The notes below the pieces were generated by a model, which made no database searches, was not told the origin of the DNA, and worked only from the letters and a program-made list of their open reading frames with translations. The translations under genes were made by a program, and so were the position numbers. A stretch of DNA of 64,000 bases from contig CAWGTN010000001.1 in NCBI GenBank assembly GCA_963825525.1, forward strand, positions 192,001 through 256,000, read 5' to 3'. How positions within the stretch are numbered: the first letter of the stretch is position 1; every line of letters starts with the position of its first letter. The stretch comes from an uncultured Chloroflexia bacterium (GTDB lineage Bacteria > Chloroflexota > Limnocylindria > QHBO01). This document shows positions 18,232 through 28,284 of the stretch, piece by piece.

Positions 18232-19326
18232 CTAGACCGCGATGACGGAACGAACGAGCTGCGCGAGCTCACGTTTGCCGTCGGGAAGGCAGGGCAGGAG
18301 ATCAAGCTGCTCGAGCGCGCGGTCCCGATAGCGGCGCGCCTCGGACATGGAGTGCTCTCGAGCTCCAGATGCCTCGAGCAGAGCCAGGACCTCTGCCACG
18401 TCCTTGTCACTCATCGGAGTGGTGGTCATCGGTCCGGGGCCACCGCCATCGGTCGCGCGAATGCCATCGTGGTAGATCGCCAGCAGGCGATCACGGTCGC
18501 CGGCCGATGCATGCTCGAGCGCCCACACGATCGGCAGGGTCTTCTTGCGCTTGCGCACGTCACCGGCCGCCGCCTTGCCGGACTCGGTCGAGCTCCAGAA
18601 CGTGCCCTTGACGTCATCGGCCATCTGGAACGCCATGCCGAGGTCGTAGCCGAACCGACGATATGCGTCCACAACGTCCTCATCGTCCGTCGCCAGGATG
18701 GCGCCTGCCTGTACCGACGCGGCAAGCAGTGCCGCCGTCTTGCGCCCGATCATCTCCAGGTAGCCGTCGACGGTGACGTCGGTCCTGCGCTCGAAGGTGA
18801 TGTCCAGGAACTGGCCCTCGCACAGCGCGAGGCACGTCTCGTCGTAGATTCGCATGAGCGCGAGGACGCGTCGCTCGCTGAACTCGTCCAGCAGGCGGTA
18901 CAGGGCGAGTCGGGAGAGGGCAAACAGGGCGTCGCCGGCGTTGATGGCGAGCGGGATTCCCCAGATGGCCCACAGGGTGGGCCGATGTCGCCGCTCGAGG
19001 TCGCCATCCTCGATGTCATCGTGCACCAGGCTGAAGTTGTGACCCAGCTCGACCGCGGCCGCGCCGGGCATGGCCGCCCGATAGTCGCCGGTCAGCGACT
19101 GGTAGGCGAGTGCGCCGAGCAACGGACGCAACCGCTTGCCGCGGACGGCACTGTCGCCGTCCAGGCCCAGGTGGTAGGCGAGCATCTCGTACAGGGATCG
19201 GGCCTGCCCGTCGCGCTCGTCGAGCACGCTCGACATCTCGCGCTCGATGTCGGCCAGGATGTCGCTAAACTCGGTCCTGATGTCCACGCCGGAAGGGTAC
19301 CCGACCTCCTCGAGCAGGCGGGTCAT
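18232..19326 (-). CDS. Polyprenyl (likely geranylgeranyl) diphosphate synthase
   Basis: RGKRLRP, FARM LVHDDIEDGD..RRHRPT, CEGQFLD, KTAAL, SARM FQMADD. Confidence 0.94.
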   Translation of the reverse strand: MTRLLEEVGYPSGVDIRTEFSDILADIEREMSSVLDERDGQARSLYEMLAYHLGLDGDSAVRGKRLRPLLGALAYQSLTGDYRAAMPGAAAVELGHNFSLVHDDIEDGDLERRHRPTLWAIWGIPLAINAGDALFALSRLALYRLLDEFSERRVLALMRIYDETCLALCEGQFLDITFERRTDVTVDGYLEMIGRKTAALLAASVQAGAILATDDEDVVDAYRRFGYDLGMAFQMADDVKGTFWSSTESGKAAAGDVRKRKKTLPIVWALEHASAGDRDRLLAIYHDGIRATDGGGPGPMTTTPMSDKDVAEVLALLEASGAREHSMSEARRYRDRALEQLDLLPCLPDGKRELAQLVRSVIAV

Positions 19327-19361
19327 GGCGCGTTCGTCGCGGACGGAAGGGACAGCATCGC

Positions 19362-19371
19362 TATCATGATA
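19362..19371. promoter_or_regulatory. Palindromic TATCATGATA: overlapping divergent -10 elements
   Basis: Perfect 10-bp palindrome giving TATCAT on both strands in the 77-nt gap between the divergent prenyl synthase and recO. Confidence 0.5.
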
Positions 19372-19403
19372 CGTTCATGTAGCAAGTTCTGCACCGCGGC
19401 CCG

Positions 19404-20201
19404 ATGAGCCCGAGGCCGCGCGTCTACAAGACTGAGGCGATCGTGCTGCGCTCGATGAACCTGGGCGAGGCAGATCGCGTGCTCACCGTCCTCACCCCAC
19501 GGCTCGGCAAGCTGCGCGTGATCGCGAAGGGCGTCCGTCGCACGCGATCCCGGATCGGCGGGGCGCTCGAGCCGTTCAGCGACGTGCAGCTCGTGCTGGC
19601 CGTCGGCCGCACATTCGACATCGTGACCTCATCGTCCCTCGAGGATCCGCATCTCGGCCTTCGCAATGACCTCCACTCGACGGCCGCCGCCTGGTACGTC
19701 GTCGAGCTGGCAGATCGGTTCTGCGAGGGGGCCGCCGACTCGCACGAGGCGTTTCGGCTCCTGGCCCAGTCACTCTCTGCCCTCGACGCGGGGTCAGCCG
19801 TGCAGCGGGAGGTCGTGGCGCGCTGGTTCGAGCTCGCCTTGCTCAATGCCATGGGGTTCCGACCGGAGCTCACCCGCTGCCTCGAGTGCGGGGCCGGCAT
19901 CGAGCCCGTGGGGAACGCGTTCTCGCCGGCCGCCGGTGGCGTCGTGTGTCCGCAGTGCTCGCACGCGAGCCTTGGGGCTCGGCCGGTGTCGGTCGGTGCG
20001 CTCAAGGTCCTGCGGCACCTCCAGCGCTCGCCGCTCGTCGGCGTCCTCGGCCTGCGCCTCGAAGCGCCCCTCCATCGCGAGGTCGAGCGGCTCCTCCATG
20101 GCGCCGTATCCGCGGTGCTGGAGCGCGAGCTTCGGTCACGCGACTTCCTCGACGAGGTTGCTGCCCGCGAGGCGTCGGCAGGCGTCGTGGAGGTGGGCTG
20201 A
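19404..20201 (+). CDS. recO: DNA repair protein RecO
   Basis: [21 protein letters not shown]...[12 protein letters not shown]; CxxC..GGVVCxxC zinc site. Confidence 0.96.
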   Translation: MSPRPRVYKTEAIVLRSMNLGEADRVLTVLTPRLGKLRVIAKGVRRTRSRIGGALEPFSDVQLVLAVGRTFDIVTSSSLEDPHLGLRNDLHSTAAAWYVVELADRFCEGAADSHEAFRLLAQSLSALDAGSAVQREVVARWFELALLNAMGFRPELTRCLECGAGIEPVGNAFSPAAGGVVCPQCSHASLGARPVSVGALKVLRHLQRSPLVGVLGLRLEAPLHREVERLLHGAVSAVLERELRSRDFLDEVAAREASAGVVEVG

Positions 20202-20298
20202 GCCGATCCACACCCCCGGGTCGGGACGGGGCCCCATCGGATAGACTCGGAGGTCCAATCGGTCATTTCCGGTTGCCACTCAGGAGTCATCGCCGCCC

Positions 20299-21666
20299 GT
20301 GCCAGCCCCGAACTTCGATGTGATTGTCAGCCTCGCAAAGCGACGCGGGTTCGTGTTCCCGTCCAGTGAGATCTATGGCGGCATGGCCGGCTTCTGGGAC
20401 TACGGCCCGCTCGGCGTGGAGCTGAAGAACAACATCAAGGCAGCGTGGTGGCGGCACATGGTCCAGCTGCGCGACGACGTTGTCGGCCTGGATGCCTCGA
20501 TCATCATGAACCCGCGAGTCTGGGAGGCGAGCGGACACGTGGCGGGGTTCAGCGACCCGATGGTCGACTGCCGCAACTGCAAGAACCGCTTCCGCGAGGA
20601 CGATCTCAAGGGCAAGCCGTCGGAGATCGCCTGCCCGAATTGTGGCAACCGGGGCACCCTGACCGAGGCCCGCCAATTCAACCTGATGTTCGCGACGACC
20701 GTCGGACCGGTGGCTGACACCGCGTCGGTTGCGTATCTGCGCCCGGAGACCGCGCAGGCCATGTTCGTTCAGTTCGAGAACGTCGCCACGTCGATGCGGC
20801 GCAAGCTGCCGTTCGGGATCGCCCAGATGGGTCGCTCCTTCCGAAACGAGATCACTCCGGGCAACTTCATCTTCCGGCTGCGCGAGTTCGAGCAGATGGA
20901 GATGGAGTTCTTCGTCCACCCGCGCGACGAGGACGAATGGTTCGCCCGCTGGGTCGAGACGCGCCACGCCTGGTGGACCGACGTTCTCGGCATCTCGCCG
21001 GAGCGTCTGCGCCTGCGACCGCACGAGGCCGATGAGCTGAGCCACTACAGCAAGCAGACCACGGACATCGAGTACGAGTTCCCGATCGGCTGGTCCGAGC
21101 TGGAGGGCGTCGCCGATCGGACCGATTTCGACCTTCGCGCGCACGCCGCGGGCAGCGGCAAGAAGCTCGAGGTATTCGACGAAGAGGCGAACGAGCACAT
21201 CGTCCCGTACGTGATCGAGCCAGCCATGGGCGTGGACCGTGCCTTCCTCACCGTCCTGGTGGACGGCTTCACCGAGGAGCAGCTCGAGAGGGAGAAGCGC
21301 GTCGTACTCCGGATCCGACCGGATCTCGCGCCGATCAAGGCGGCGGTGCTCCCTCTGCTGCGCAACCGCCCCGAGCTCGTGGAGCGAGCGCGCCGGCTGA
21401 CCGCGGACATCAAGCCACTCGCGGCGGCCATGTACGACGACACGGCCAGCATCGGCAAGCTTTACCGCCGCCAGGATGAGATCGGCACGCCGTTCTGCGT
21501 CACGGTCGACCCGGAGTCCCTCGATGACGGGGCGGCGACCATCCGTGACCGCGACACGATGACCCAGGAACGTGTCGCATTCGACCTGGTCCCACAGCGG
21601 ATCGCCGACCTGGTGGCTGGGAGAACGCCCTGGGAGGGCGTACCACGGGAGCGCCCGGAGGGCTGA
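20299..21666 (+). CDS. glyQS: Glycine--tRNA ligase (alpha2 homodimeric type)
   Basis: KRRGFVFPSSEIYGG, YLRPETAQ, SFRNEITPGNFIFRLREFEQME, PYVIEP, SIGKLYRRQDEIGTPFCVTVD. Confidence 0.97.
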   Translation: MPAPNFDVIVSLAKRRGFVFPSSEIYGGMAGFWDYGPLGVELKNNIKAAWWRHMVQLRDDVVGLDASIIMNPRVWEASGHVAGFSDPMVDCRNCKNRFREDDLKGKPSEIACPNCGNRGTLTEARQFNLMFATTVGPVADTASVAYLRPETAQAMFVQFENVATSMRRKLPFGIAQMGRSFRNEITPGNFIFRLREFEQMEMEFFVHPRDEDEWFARWVETRHAWWTDVLGISPERLRLRPHEADELSHYSKQTTDIEYEFPIGWSELEGVADRTDFDLRAHAAGSGKKLEVFDEEANEHIVPYVIEPAMGVDRAFLTVLVDGFTEEQLEREKRVVLRIRPDLAPIKAAVLPLLRNRPELVERARRLTADIKPLAAAMYDDTASIGKLYRRQDEIGTPFCVTVDPESLDDGAATIRDRDTMTQERVAFDLVPQRIADLVAGRTPWEGVPRERPEG

Positions 21667-21669
21667 CCG

Positions 21670-22407
21670 ATGCTCGACGAGGTGCGGACGGCGTTCGACC
21701 AGGGCAGGCATGAGGATGTGCTCGGCCTCACCGAGCACATCCTTGCCGAGCGACCGGGGGACGACGCGGCGCACGAGTACCGTGCCCGGTCCTTCCTGGC
21801 GATGGGCAGGCTGGACGATGCGGAGCGGCACGCCCAGGACGCGGTGCGGCTGGACCCCGACGAGATCCGCTACCGGGAGCTGCTGGCGCAGGTGCTCGCA
21901 TCCGAAGGAGCGCACCGCGACGCGGCAGTCGAGTTCGGCAGGCTGGCCCGCAACGATCCGCGCGTCACGACATGGACACTGGCCGAGGCCGAGGAACGAC
22001 TCGGCGCGGCGCAGCCCGCCATGAGCGTCGAGGCTGCGCGACGCGCGGTCAAGCTCGAGCCGGGCAACGGTGCGGCGCAGCTGGCGCTGGCCAGGGCGCT
22101 GGTCCGGACCGGCGACGCGCGCGGCGCCTACCAGGCCGCTCGGCAGGCCGTGGCGCTGCTCCCGAACGATCCGACCGCCAGGGAAGCCCTCGCCGATGCG
22201 CACTGGCTGGCCGACGACGACGCCGCGGCGTTCGAGGAGTTCCGCACCCTGGCCCACGACCTCGCCGGCCCCGAGCGTGCGCGCGTCATCGGCAAGGCGC
22301 GATTCCTCTATCGGCAGCATGCCGGGTGGCTCGGCGGCCTCCTCGGCCGGGTCCATGTCCTGTTCGAGCTCGCCTTCCTGCGTGGATGGCTGAAGGTCGG
22401 TCGATGA
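21670..22407 (+). CDS. Tetratricopeptide repeat protein
   Basis: Repeated helical units ending AVRLDPD, AVKLEPGN, AVALLPND. Confidence 0.85.
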   Translation: MLDEVRTAFDQGRHEDVLGLTEHILAERPGDDAAHEYRARSFLAMGRLDDAERHAQDAVRLDPDEIRYRELLAQVLASEGAHRDAAVEFGRLARNDPRVTTWTLAEAEERLGAAQPAMSVEAARRAVKLEPGNGAAQLALARALVRTGDARGAYQAARQAVALLPNDPTAREALADAHWLADDDAAAFEEFRTLAHDLAGPERARVIGKARFLYRQHAGWLGGLLGRVHVLFELAFLRGWLKVGR

Positions 22408-22952
22408 CCCTGCACATCGCCACGGCCCAGACCGACGAGCTCGACCCGTCCCGCATTGCCGAGCTCACGTCGCTCTGCGCGTCCGCGTTCGGCGAGCCGT
22501 TCGCCGAGATCTGGGAGCGCGTCGGCCCCGGCCTCCATGTCATGGGCGAGCTCGAGGGCCGGCTGGTGGCGCACGCGATGATCGTCGATCGGCGGCTGTA
22601 CGTCGGCCACGAAGCCGACCTGGCGATCGACGTGGGCTACATCGAGCACGTCTCCACCCTGCCCGAGGTGCAGGGTGGAGGGCACGGAACGGCGACCATG
22701 CGGCGCGTGGGCGAGATCATCGGCGAGGAGTACGCCCTCGGTGCGCTGGCCACCAGCCACAACGGCTTCTACCGGCGTCTCGGGTGGGAGTCGTGGACCG
22801 GGCCGACGTCCATTCGCATGCCGGACGGTGAGCGCGTGCGCAGTCCGTCACGGGACGCCGATATCATGATCCTGCGGACACCGCGCACGCCGCCCGGACT
22901 CGTCCTCGATGCGGCCGTGGCGGTTGACTGGCGCACGGGGGATTCCTGGTAG
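22404..22952 (+). CDS. GNAT acetyltransferase, aminoglycoside 2'-N-acetyltransferase AAC(2')-like
   Basis: ATGA overlap; LVAHAMIVDRRL, GYIEHVST..QGGGHG, YALGAL, GWESWTGPTS, C-terminal DWRTGDSW. Confidence 0.8.
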   Translation: MTLHIATAQTDELDPSRIAELTSLCASAFGEPFAEIWERVGPGLHVMGELEGRLVAHAMIVDRRLYVGHEADLAIDVGYIEHVSTLPEVQGGGHGTATMRRVGEIIGEEYALGALATSHNGFYRRLGWESWTGPTSIRMPDGERVRSPSRDADIMILRTPRTPPGLVLDAAVAVDWRTGDSW

Positions 22953-23024
22953 AGCCTCGATCGGAGCTCGCGCGGTACAATTTGGATTCCCCCCGAAGCG
23001 TTGAACGAGGAGCCGATTCGCCCT

Positions 23025-26000
23025 ATGGCCACGAGCGCCCGCAAGCCCGCCAGCACATCCCGCAAGCCGCGCCGCACGAGTCCGAAGAACGGGGGCACCC
23101 CCGCGAAGGACGGACAGCTGATCTACACGTTCGCGGAAGGCAACGCGAGCATGCGCTCGACGCTCGGCGGCAAGGGCGCCGGTCTGGCCGAGATGACCAA
23201 CGCGGGGCTGCCGGTCCCTCCGGGCTTCACCATCACGACCGAGGCCTGCAACGCGTACTACGCGGCCGGCAAGGAGATGCCGGCAGGGCTGTGGGACGAC
23301 ACCGTCACGCACATGAAGGAACTCGAGACGCAGACCGGCAAGGGCTTCGGCGACCCGGCCAACCCGCTTCTCGTCAGCGTTCGTTCCGGGGCCGCCTTCA
23401 GCATGCCCGGCATGATGGACACCGTCCTCAACCTGGGCCTGAACCCGGACACCGTGCAGGGCCTCATCGCGCTCACCGGCAACGAGCGCTTCGCATGGGA
23501 TGCCTGGCGACGCTTCGTGGCCATGTTCGGCCGCATCGTGCTGGGCCTCAAGGCGGAGGACTTCGACGAGCCGTTCGACGAGCTCAAGGAGCAGGCGAAG
23601 GCGAAGCTCGACACCGACCTCACGTCGGACCAGCTGCGCGACATCGGTAACCGATTCGCCGAGATCGTGAAGGCGAAGACCGGTGATGAGTTCCCGACCG
23701 ATCCGTACCGGCAGCTCGAGCTCGCCGTGCGTGCGGTGTTCGACTCATGGTTTGGCAAGCGCGCCCACGACTACCGTGAGTTCAACAAGATTCCGCACGA
23801 TCTCGGAACCGCCGTCAACGTCGTCACCATGGTGTTCGGCAACATGGGCGATGACTCGGGAACGGGCGTTGCCTTCACGCGGGATCCGAACACCGGCGAG
23901 AGCGCGCTGTACGGCGAGTACCTCACGAACGCCCAGGGCGAGGATGTCGTGGCCGGCGTGCGGACCCCCGAGAAGATCAGCCAGATGCGCGACGCCATGC
24001 CCGAGGTGTATGCGCAGTTCGAGGAGATCGCGAATCGGCTCGAGGGCCACTACCGCGACATGCAGGACCTCGAGTTCACCATCGAGCGCGGCAAGCTCTA
24101 CATGCTCCAGACTCGGTCAGGCAAGCGCACGGCGCCCGCTGCCGTGAAGATCGCCGTCGACATGGTCAACGAAGGCGTCCTGACCAAGGAGGAGGCGCTC
24201 CAGCGCGTCGATCCCGCTCAGATCGTGCAGCTCCTCCTGCCCCGCTTCGACGAGAAGGCCAAGGAGACGGTGGGGGATCGGCTGCTCGGGAAGGGGTTGA
24301 ACGCGTCGCCGGGCGCGGCGGTGGGCCAGGCCATCTTCGACCCGGATCGTGCGGTCTCCGCGAAGGACGCCGGCAACCCGGTGATCCTCGTCCGCATCGA
24401 GACGAGCCCTGACGACGTGCACGGCATGCTCGCCGCGAAGGGCGTGCTCACCGCGCGCGGCGGTGCCACCAGCCATGCCGCCGTCGTGGCGCGCTCCATG
24501 GGCCTCCCGTGCGTGGCCGGCGCCGAGACACTCAAGATCGACTACGCCAAGCGCCAGATGCGGGCCGGCTCGGTCACCGTCGCGGAGGGCGATCTCATCA
24601 GCATCGACGGCACCACCGGTGAGATCTTCGCCGGCGAGCTGCCGACCATCGATGCCCGCTTCGAGGACGAGCACGACCTTGCGACACTGCTCGGCTGGGC
24701 CGACGAGGTGCGGACGATGCAGGTGTGGGCAAACGCCGACTATCCGCGCGACGCGGAGCGTGCACGCGCCTTCGGCGCCCAGGGCATCGGCCTGTGCCGA
24801 ACGGAGCACATGTTCTTCGAGGAGGATCGCCTGCCGACGGTCCGCCGCATGATCCTCAACGCGCATGCCGCCACCGCCGCCAAGGCAAGGGCCGAAGGCG
24901 AACGGACGAAGGAGGATCGCGCGGCCATCAAGGAGTTCGACGGCGCCCTCGCCAAGCTCGAGAAGCTCCAGACCGATGACTTCGCCGGACTGTTCCGGGC
25001 CATGGATGGGCTGCCGGTCGTCATCCGGCTCATCGACCCGCCGCTCCACGAGTTCCTGCCCAGCCACGACGAGCTGGTGGCCGAGACGACGCGTCTGCGC
25101 ACGATGCTCGAGATGGCCGATGGCGGGGGCGGCGTGGATGCCGGTCTCGTCCAGGGCGGCCTGGTCAAGCTCTTCGGCAAGAAGGACGCGGCACGGGCCA
25201 TGCGCAAGCTGGGTCTCTCCGCGCCGAGCGCCTCGGGCTCGACTCCATCGGCCACGATCGACCGCTCGAAGCTCGAGAAGGAGCTGGCCGAAAAGGATGT
25301 GCTCCTCCAGGCCGTCGAGGCGATGCGTGAGCAGAACCCGATGCTCGGGCTGCGGGGCGTGCGCCTGGGGCTGATGGTGCCCGACATCGTGAAGATGCAG
25401 GGCCGCGCCATCCTGGCCGGGGCGGCGCGTGTCGCCGCGGAGGGCCTCACGCCCCTGCCGGAGATCATGATCCCGCTGGTCGGGCACGTGAACGAGCTGC
25501 GCGAGACGCGCGAGATCCTCGAGGCCGAGGTCGCCCGCATCGTCGAGACCAGCGGGCAGCAGGTGAACTACAAGTTCGGCACCATGATCGAGGTCCCGCG
25601 CGGTGCGTTGACCGCCGATGAGATCGCCGAGCATGCCGACTTCTTCAGCTTCGGCACCAACGACCTCACCCAGATGGGCTTCGGGTACAGCCGGGACGAC
25701 GCCGAGGGCAAGTTCCTCATGCAGTACGTCGACCGCAAGGTGCTGCCGGAGAATCCGTTTCAGGTACTCGATGCTGCCGGCATCGGCCAGCTCGTCCGAA
25801 TCGGCGTCGAGAAGGGCCGGTCGACGAAGAAGGACCTCAAGATCGGGATCTGTGGCGAGCACGGCGGCGACCCGCAGAGCATCGCCTTCTGCCACGAGGT
25901 TGGTCTGAACTACGTGAGCTGCTCGCCATTCCGAGTGCCGGTCGCGCGGCTGGCGGCTGCCCAGGCGGCGATCAGCCAGACGGAGACCCGCGACAAGTAG
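23025..26000 (+). CDS. ppdK: Pyruvate, phosphate dikinase
   Basis: LGGKGAGLAEM, LLVSVRSGA..SMPGMMDTVLNLG, catalytic GGATSHAAVV, GLCRTEHMF, SFGTNDLTQ, GICGEHGG; -10 TACAAT near 22976. Confidence 0.98.
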   Translation: MATSARKPASTSRKPRRTSPKNGGTPAKDGQLIYTFAEGNASMRSTLGGKGAGLAEMTNAGLPVPPGFTITTEACNAYYAAGKEMPAGLWDDTVTHMKELETQTGKGFGDPANPLLVSVRSGAAFSMPGMMDTVLNLGLNPDTVQGLIALTGNERFAWDAWRRFVAMFGRIVLGLKAEDFDEPFDELKEQAKAKLDTDLTSDQLRDIGNRFAEIVKAKTGDEFPTDPYRQLELAVRAVFDSWFGKRAHDYREFNKIPHDLGTAVNVVTMVFGNMGDDSGTGVAFTRDPNTGESALYGEYLTNAQGEDVVAGVRTPEKISQMRDAMPEVYAQFEEIANRLEGHYRDMQDLEFTIERGKLYMLQTRSGKRTAPAAVKIAVDMVNEGVLTKEEALQRVDPAQIVQLLLPRFDEKAKETVGDRLLGKGLNASPGAAVGQAIFDPDRAVSAKDAGNPVILVRIETSPDDVHGMLAAKGVLTARGGATSHAAVVARSMGLPCVAGAETLKIDYAKRQMRAGSVTVAEGDLISIDGTTGEIFAGELPTIDARFEDEHDLATLLGWADEVRTMQVWANADYPRDAERARAFGAQGIGLCRTEHMFFEEDRLPTVRRMILNAHAATAAKARAEGERTKEDRAAIKEFDGALAKLEKLQTDDFAGLFRAMDGLPVVIRLIDPPLHEFLPSHDELVAETTRLRTMLEMADGGGGVDAGLVQGGLVKLFGKKDAARAMRKLGLSAPSASGSTPSATIDRSKLEKELAEKDVLLQAVEAMREQNPMLGLRGVRLGLMVPDIVKMQGRAILAGAARVAAEGLTPLPEIMIPLVGHVNELRETREILEAEVARIVETSGQQVNYKFGTMIEVPRGALTADEIAEHADFFSFGTNDLTQMGFGYSRDDAEGKFLMQYVDRKVLPENPFQVLDAAGIGQLVRIGVEKGRSTKKDLKIGICGEHGGDPQSIAFCHEVGLNYVSCSPFRVPVARLAAAQAAISQTETRDK

Positions 26001-26017
26001 GGTGCCTTCCGCTGCGG

Positions 26018-26181
26018 TATCCTGAGCGTCGATCGGTCGGCCCCTCGGTTTGCGCCCCCATCCGCAGCTGAGCCGGGTCTCACCTGCTTGCATCGCCCGA
26101 ACGTCGCAGCACGCCGCAGACCCGGTCACGCACCGCCCCGGTGAACGTCACGCAAGATGGACCGATGAGCTGAGGTAGAGG
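26018..26181 (+). promoter_or_regulatory. Putative promoter and structured 5' leader of hppA
   Basis: -10 TATCCT 26018-26023; ATCGGTC(26032) pairs with GACCGAT(26160); CCGGGTCT(26073) pairs with AGACCCGG(26118); further hairpins; SD GAGGT just downstream. Confidence 0.4.
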
Positions 26182-28284
26182 TTGGACTCCTGGTACGTGC
26201 TCGCCGCCGCGGCGGCGGCCATCGGTGGCCTGCTGCTGGCCGCCTACTTCGCGAGACAGGTCAACCGGGCGGATCCCGGAAACGAGCGGATGCAGGAGCT
26301 CATGAGGGCCATCGCCGAGGGCGCGATGGCCTACCTGCGGCGCCAGTACCTCGTCCTGGCGGGGTTCGTGGTGGTTGTCGCGCTCCTCATCTTCGCGATC
26401 CCGGAGTACCGACTGGCGGGCGCCCTTGCCTACCTGGCCGGCGCCATCGCGTCCGGCAGCGCCGGGTTCATCGGCATGCGGATCGCGACAGCGGCCAATG
26501 CGCGGACCGCGGAGGCGGCACGGATCGGCGGCGTCCACCTGGCGCTGCCACTCGCGTTCCGAGGCGGCGCTGTGATGGGCTTCAGCGTCGCGGGGCTGGG
26601 TCTGCTCGGCGTATCGGCCCTGTTCTTCACGTTCATCCAGCTGCTTGCCCTGGAGAACGCGACGACGCTCATCGCCGCATTCGGCCTCGGCGCCAGCACC
26701 ATCGCGCTCTTCGCCCGCGTGGGTGGCGGCATCTACACGAAGGCGGCGGACGTGGGTGCCGACCTCGTCGGCAAGGTGGAGGCCGGCATCCCGGAGGATG
26801 ACCCACGCAACCCGGCGGTCATCGCCGACAACGTGGGCGACAACGTCGGTGACGTGGCCGGCATGGGCGCGGACCTGTTCGAGTCCTATGTCGGCTCGAT
26901 CGTCGCACCCATCGTGCTTGGAGCCGTGATCTTTGCCGGCACGAGTAACCCGACGGCCGGGATCGTCTTCCCGTTGGCCGTTGCCGGGGCGGGGATGCTG
27001 GCCAGCATCGTCGGCGCGTTCCTGGTTCGAACCGGCGACGGCGGAAACCTGGGCGCTGCGCTCCACCGCGGGACGAACGCGGCGGCGGCGCTGACGGCCA
27101 TCGCGACCGCGGGGCTCTCGGTCCTGATCTTCGGATCGGTGGCGGAGGTCGAGCAGCCGCTCTTCTTCGCCGGCGCGATCGTCGGCGGCCTGGCCGCGGG
27201 CCTGGCCATCGGCTGGGTGAGCGAGTACTTCACCTCGGACCATTACGGCCCGGTCCGCCACATCGCCGAGCAGGCCCGCACCGGACCGGCGACCGTGATC
27301 CTGGGCGGCCTGGCAAGTGGCATGCGGTCGACCGCGCCGAGCATCCTGATCATCGCGGCGGCGGTGATCGTCGCCTACGTTCTCGGCGACCTGGCGATCC
27401 CCGGAGACGACGCATCTGGCATCTACGGCATCGCTCTGGCAGCCATCGGCATGCTGGCCACGACGGCCATCACCGTCAGCGTGGATGCCTACGGGCCGAT
27501 CGCCGACAATGCCGGCGGCATCGCGCAGATGGCGCACCTTCCCCCCGAGGTCCGACGCGATACCGATGCGCTCGACTCGCTCGGCAACACGACCGCGGCG
27601 GTCGCCAAGGGCTTCGCGGTGGGATCGGCCGCCCTCACGGCGCTGGCGCTGTTCCGCAGCTTCACCGAAACCGCGAATGCGGCGCTGCTCGAGGCGGGAC
27701 GCCCGATCATCGTGCTCGACATCAACGACGTGGCGGTCACGGTGGGGCTGCTCATCGGCGCCATGCTGCCGTTCCTGTTCGCCGCGTTGACGATCGAGGC
27801 CGTGGGACGCGCGGCCAACGCCATGATCCACGAGGTGCGGCGCCAGTTCGCCGAGATCCCGGGCCTTCGCGAAGGCAAGCCGGGCGTCCACCCCGAATAC
27901 GGACACTGCGTCGATATCAGCACCGCGGCCGCGCTGCGCGAGATGGTGGTGCCCGGCGCGCTCGCCATCCTCTCGCCGCTCCTCATCGGCTTCATCAGCC
28001 TGCAGGCCCTCGGCGGATTCCTGGTCGGCGCGCTGGTGAGCGGATTCCTGCTGGCCATCTACATGGCGAATGCCGGAGGTGCGTGGGACAACGCCAAGAA
28101 GTTCGTGGAGGCGGGCAACATCGGCGGCAAGGGGAGCGAGGCGCACCATGCCGCGGTGGTGGGGGACACGGTTGGTGATCCACTCAAGGACACGGCCGGA
28201 CCGTCGATGAACATCCTGATCAAGGTCATGAGCGTGGTTTCGCTCATCGCCGTGCCGGCGTTCGTCGGGTTCCGCCCCTTCTAG
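26182..28284 (+). CDS. hppA: Membrane-integral pyrophosphatase, K+-dependent, probably Na+-translocating
   Basis: [46 protein letters not shown] (K+-dependent Ala), [26 protein letters not shown]; TTG start. Confidence 0.96.
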   Translation: MDSWYVLAAAAAAIGGLLLAAYFARQVNRADPGNERMQELMRAIAEGAMAYLRRQYLVLAGFVVVVALLIFAIPEYRLAGALAYLAGAIASGSAGFIGMRIATAANARTAEAARIGGVHLALPLAFRGGAVMGFSVAGLGLLGVSALFFTFIQLLALENATTLIAAFGLGASTIALFARVGGGIYTKAADVGADLVGKVEAGIPEDDPRNPAVIADNVGDNVGDVAGMGADLFESYVGSIVAPIVLGAVIFAGTSNPTAGIVFPLAVAGAGMLASIVGAFLVRTGDGGNLGAALHRGTNAAAALTAIATAGLSVLIFGSVAEVEQPLFFAGAIVGGLAAGLAIGWVSEYFTSDHYGPVRHIAEQARTGPATVILGGLASGMRSTAPSILIIAAAVIVAYVLGDLAIPGDDASGIYGIALAAIGMLATTAITVSVDAYGPIADNAGGIAQMAHLPPEVRRDTDALDSLGNTTAAVAKGFAVGSAALTALALFRSFTETANAALLEAGRPIIVLDINDVAVTVGLLIGAMLPFLFAALTIEAVGRAANAMIHEVRRQFAEIPGLREGKPGVHPEYGHCVDISTAAALREMVVPGALAILSPLLIGFISLQALGGFLVGALVSGFLLAIYMANAGGAWDNAKKFVEAGNIGGKGSEAHHAAVVGDTVGDPLKDTAGPSMNILIKVMSVVSLIAVPAFVGFRPF

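Noticed and set aside
18196-19407. 403-aa plus-strand ORF
   Set aside because: Antisense shadow of the motif-complete polyprenyl synthase; long shadows are expected at this GC content
20202-20298. Possible T-box leader before glyQS
   Set aside because: Only 97 nt, no T-box consensus, and it contains its own -10 (TAGACT)
20287-28149. Very long minus-strand ORFs (689, 670 and 689 aa)
   Set aside because: They mirror glyQS/TPR, ppdK and hppA and carry no recognisable motifs
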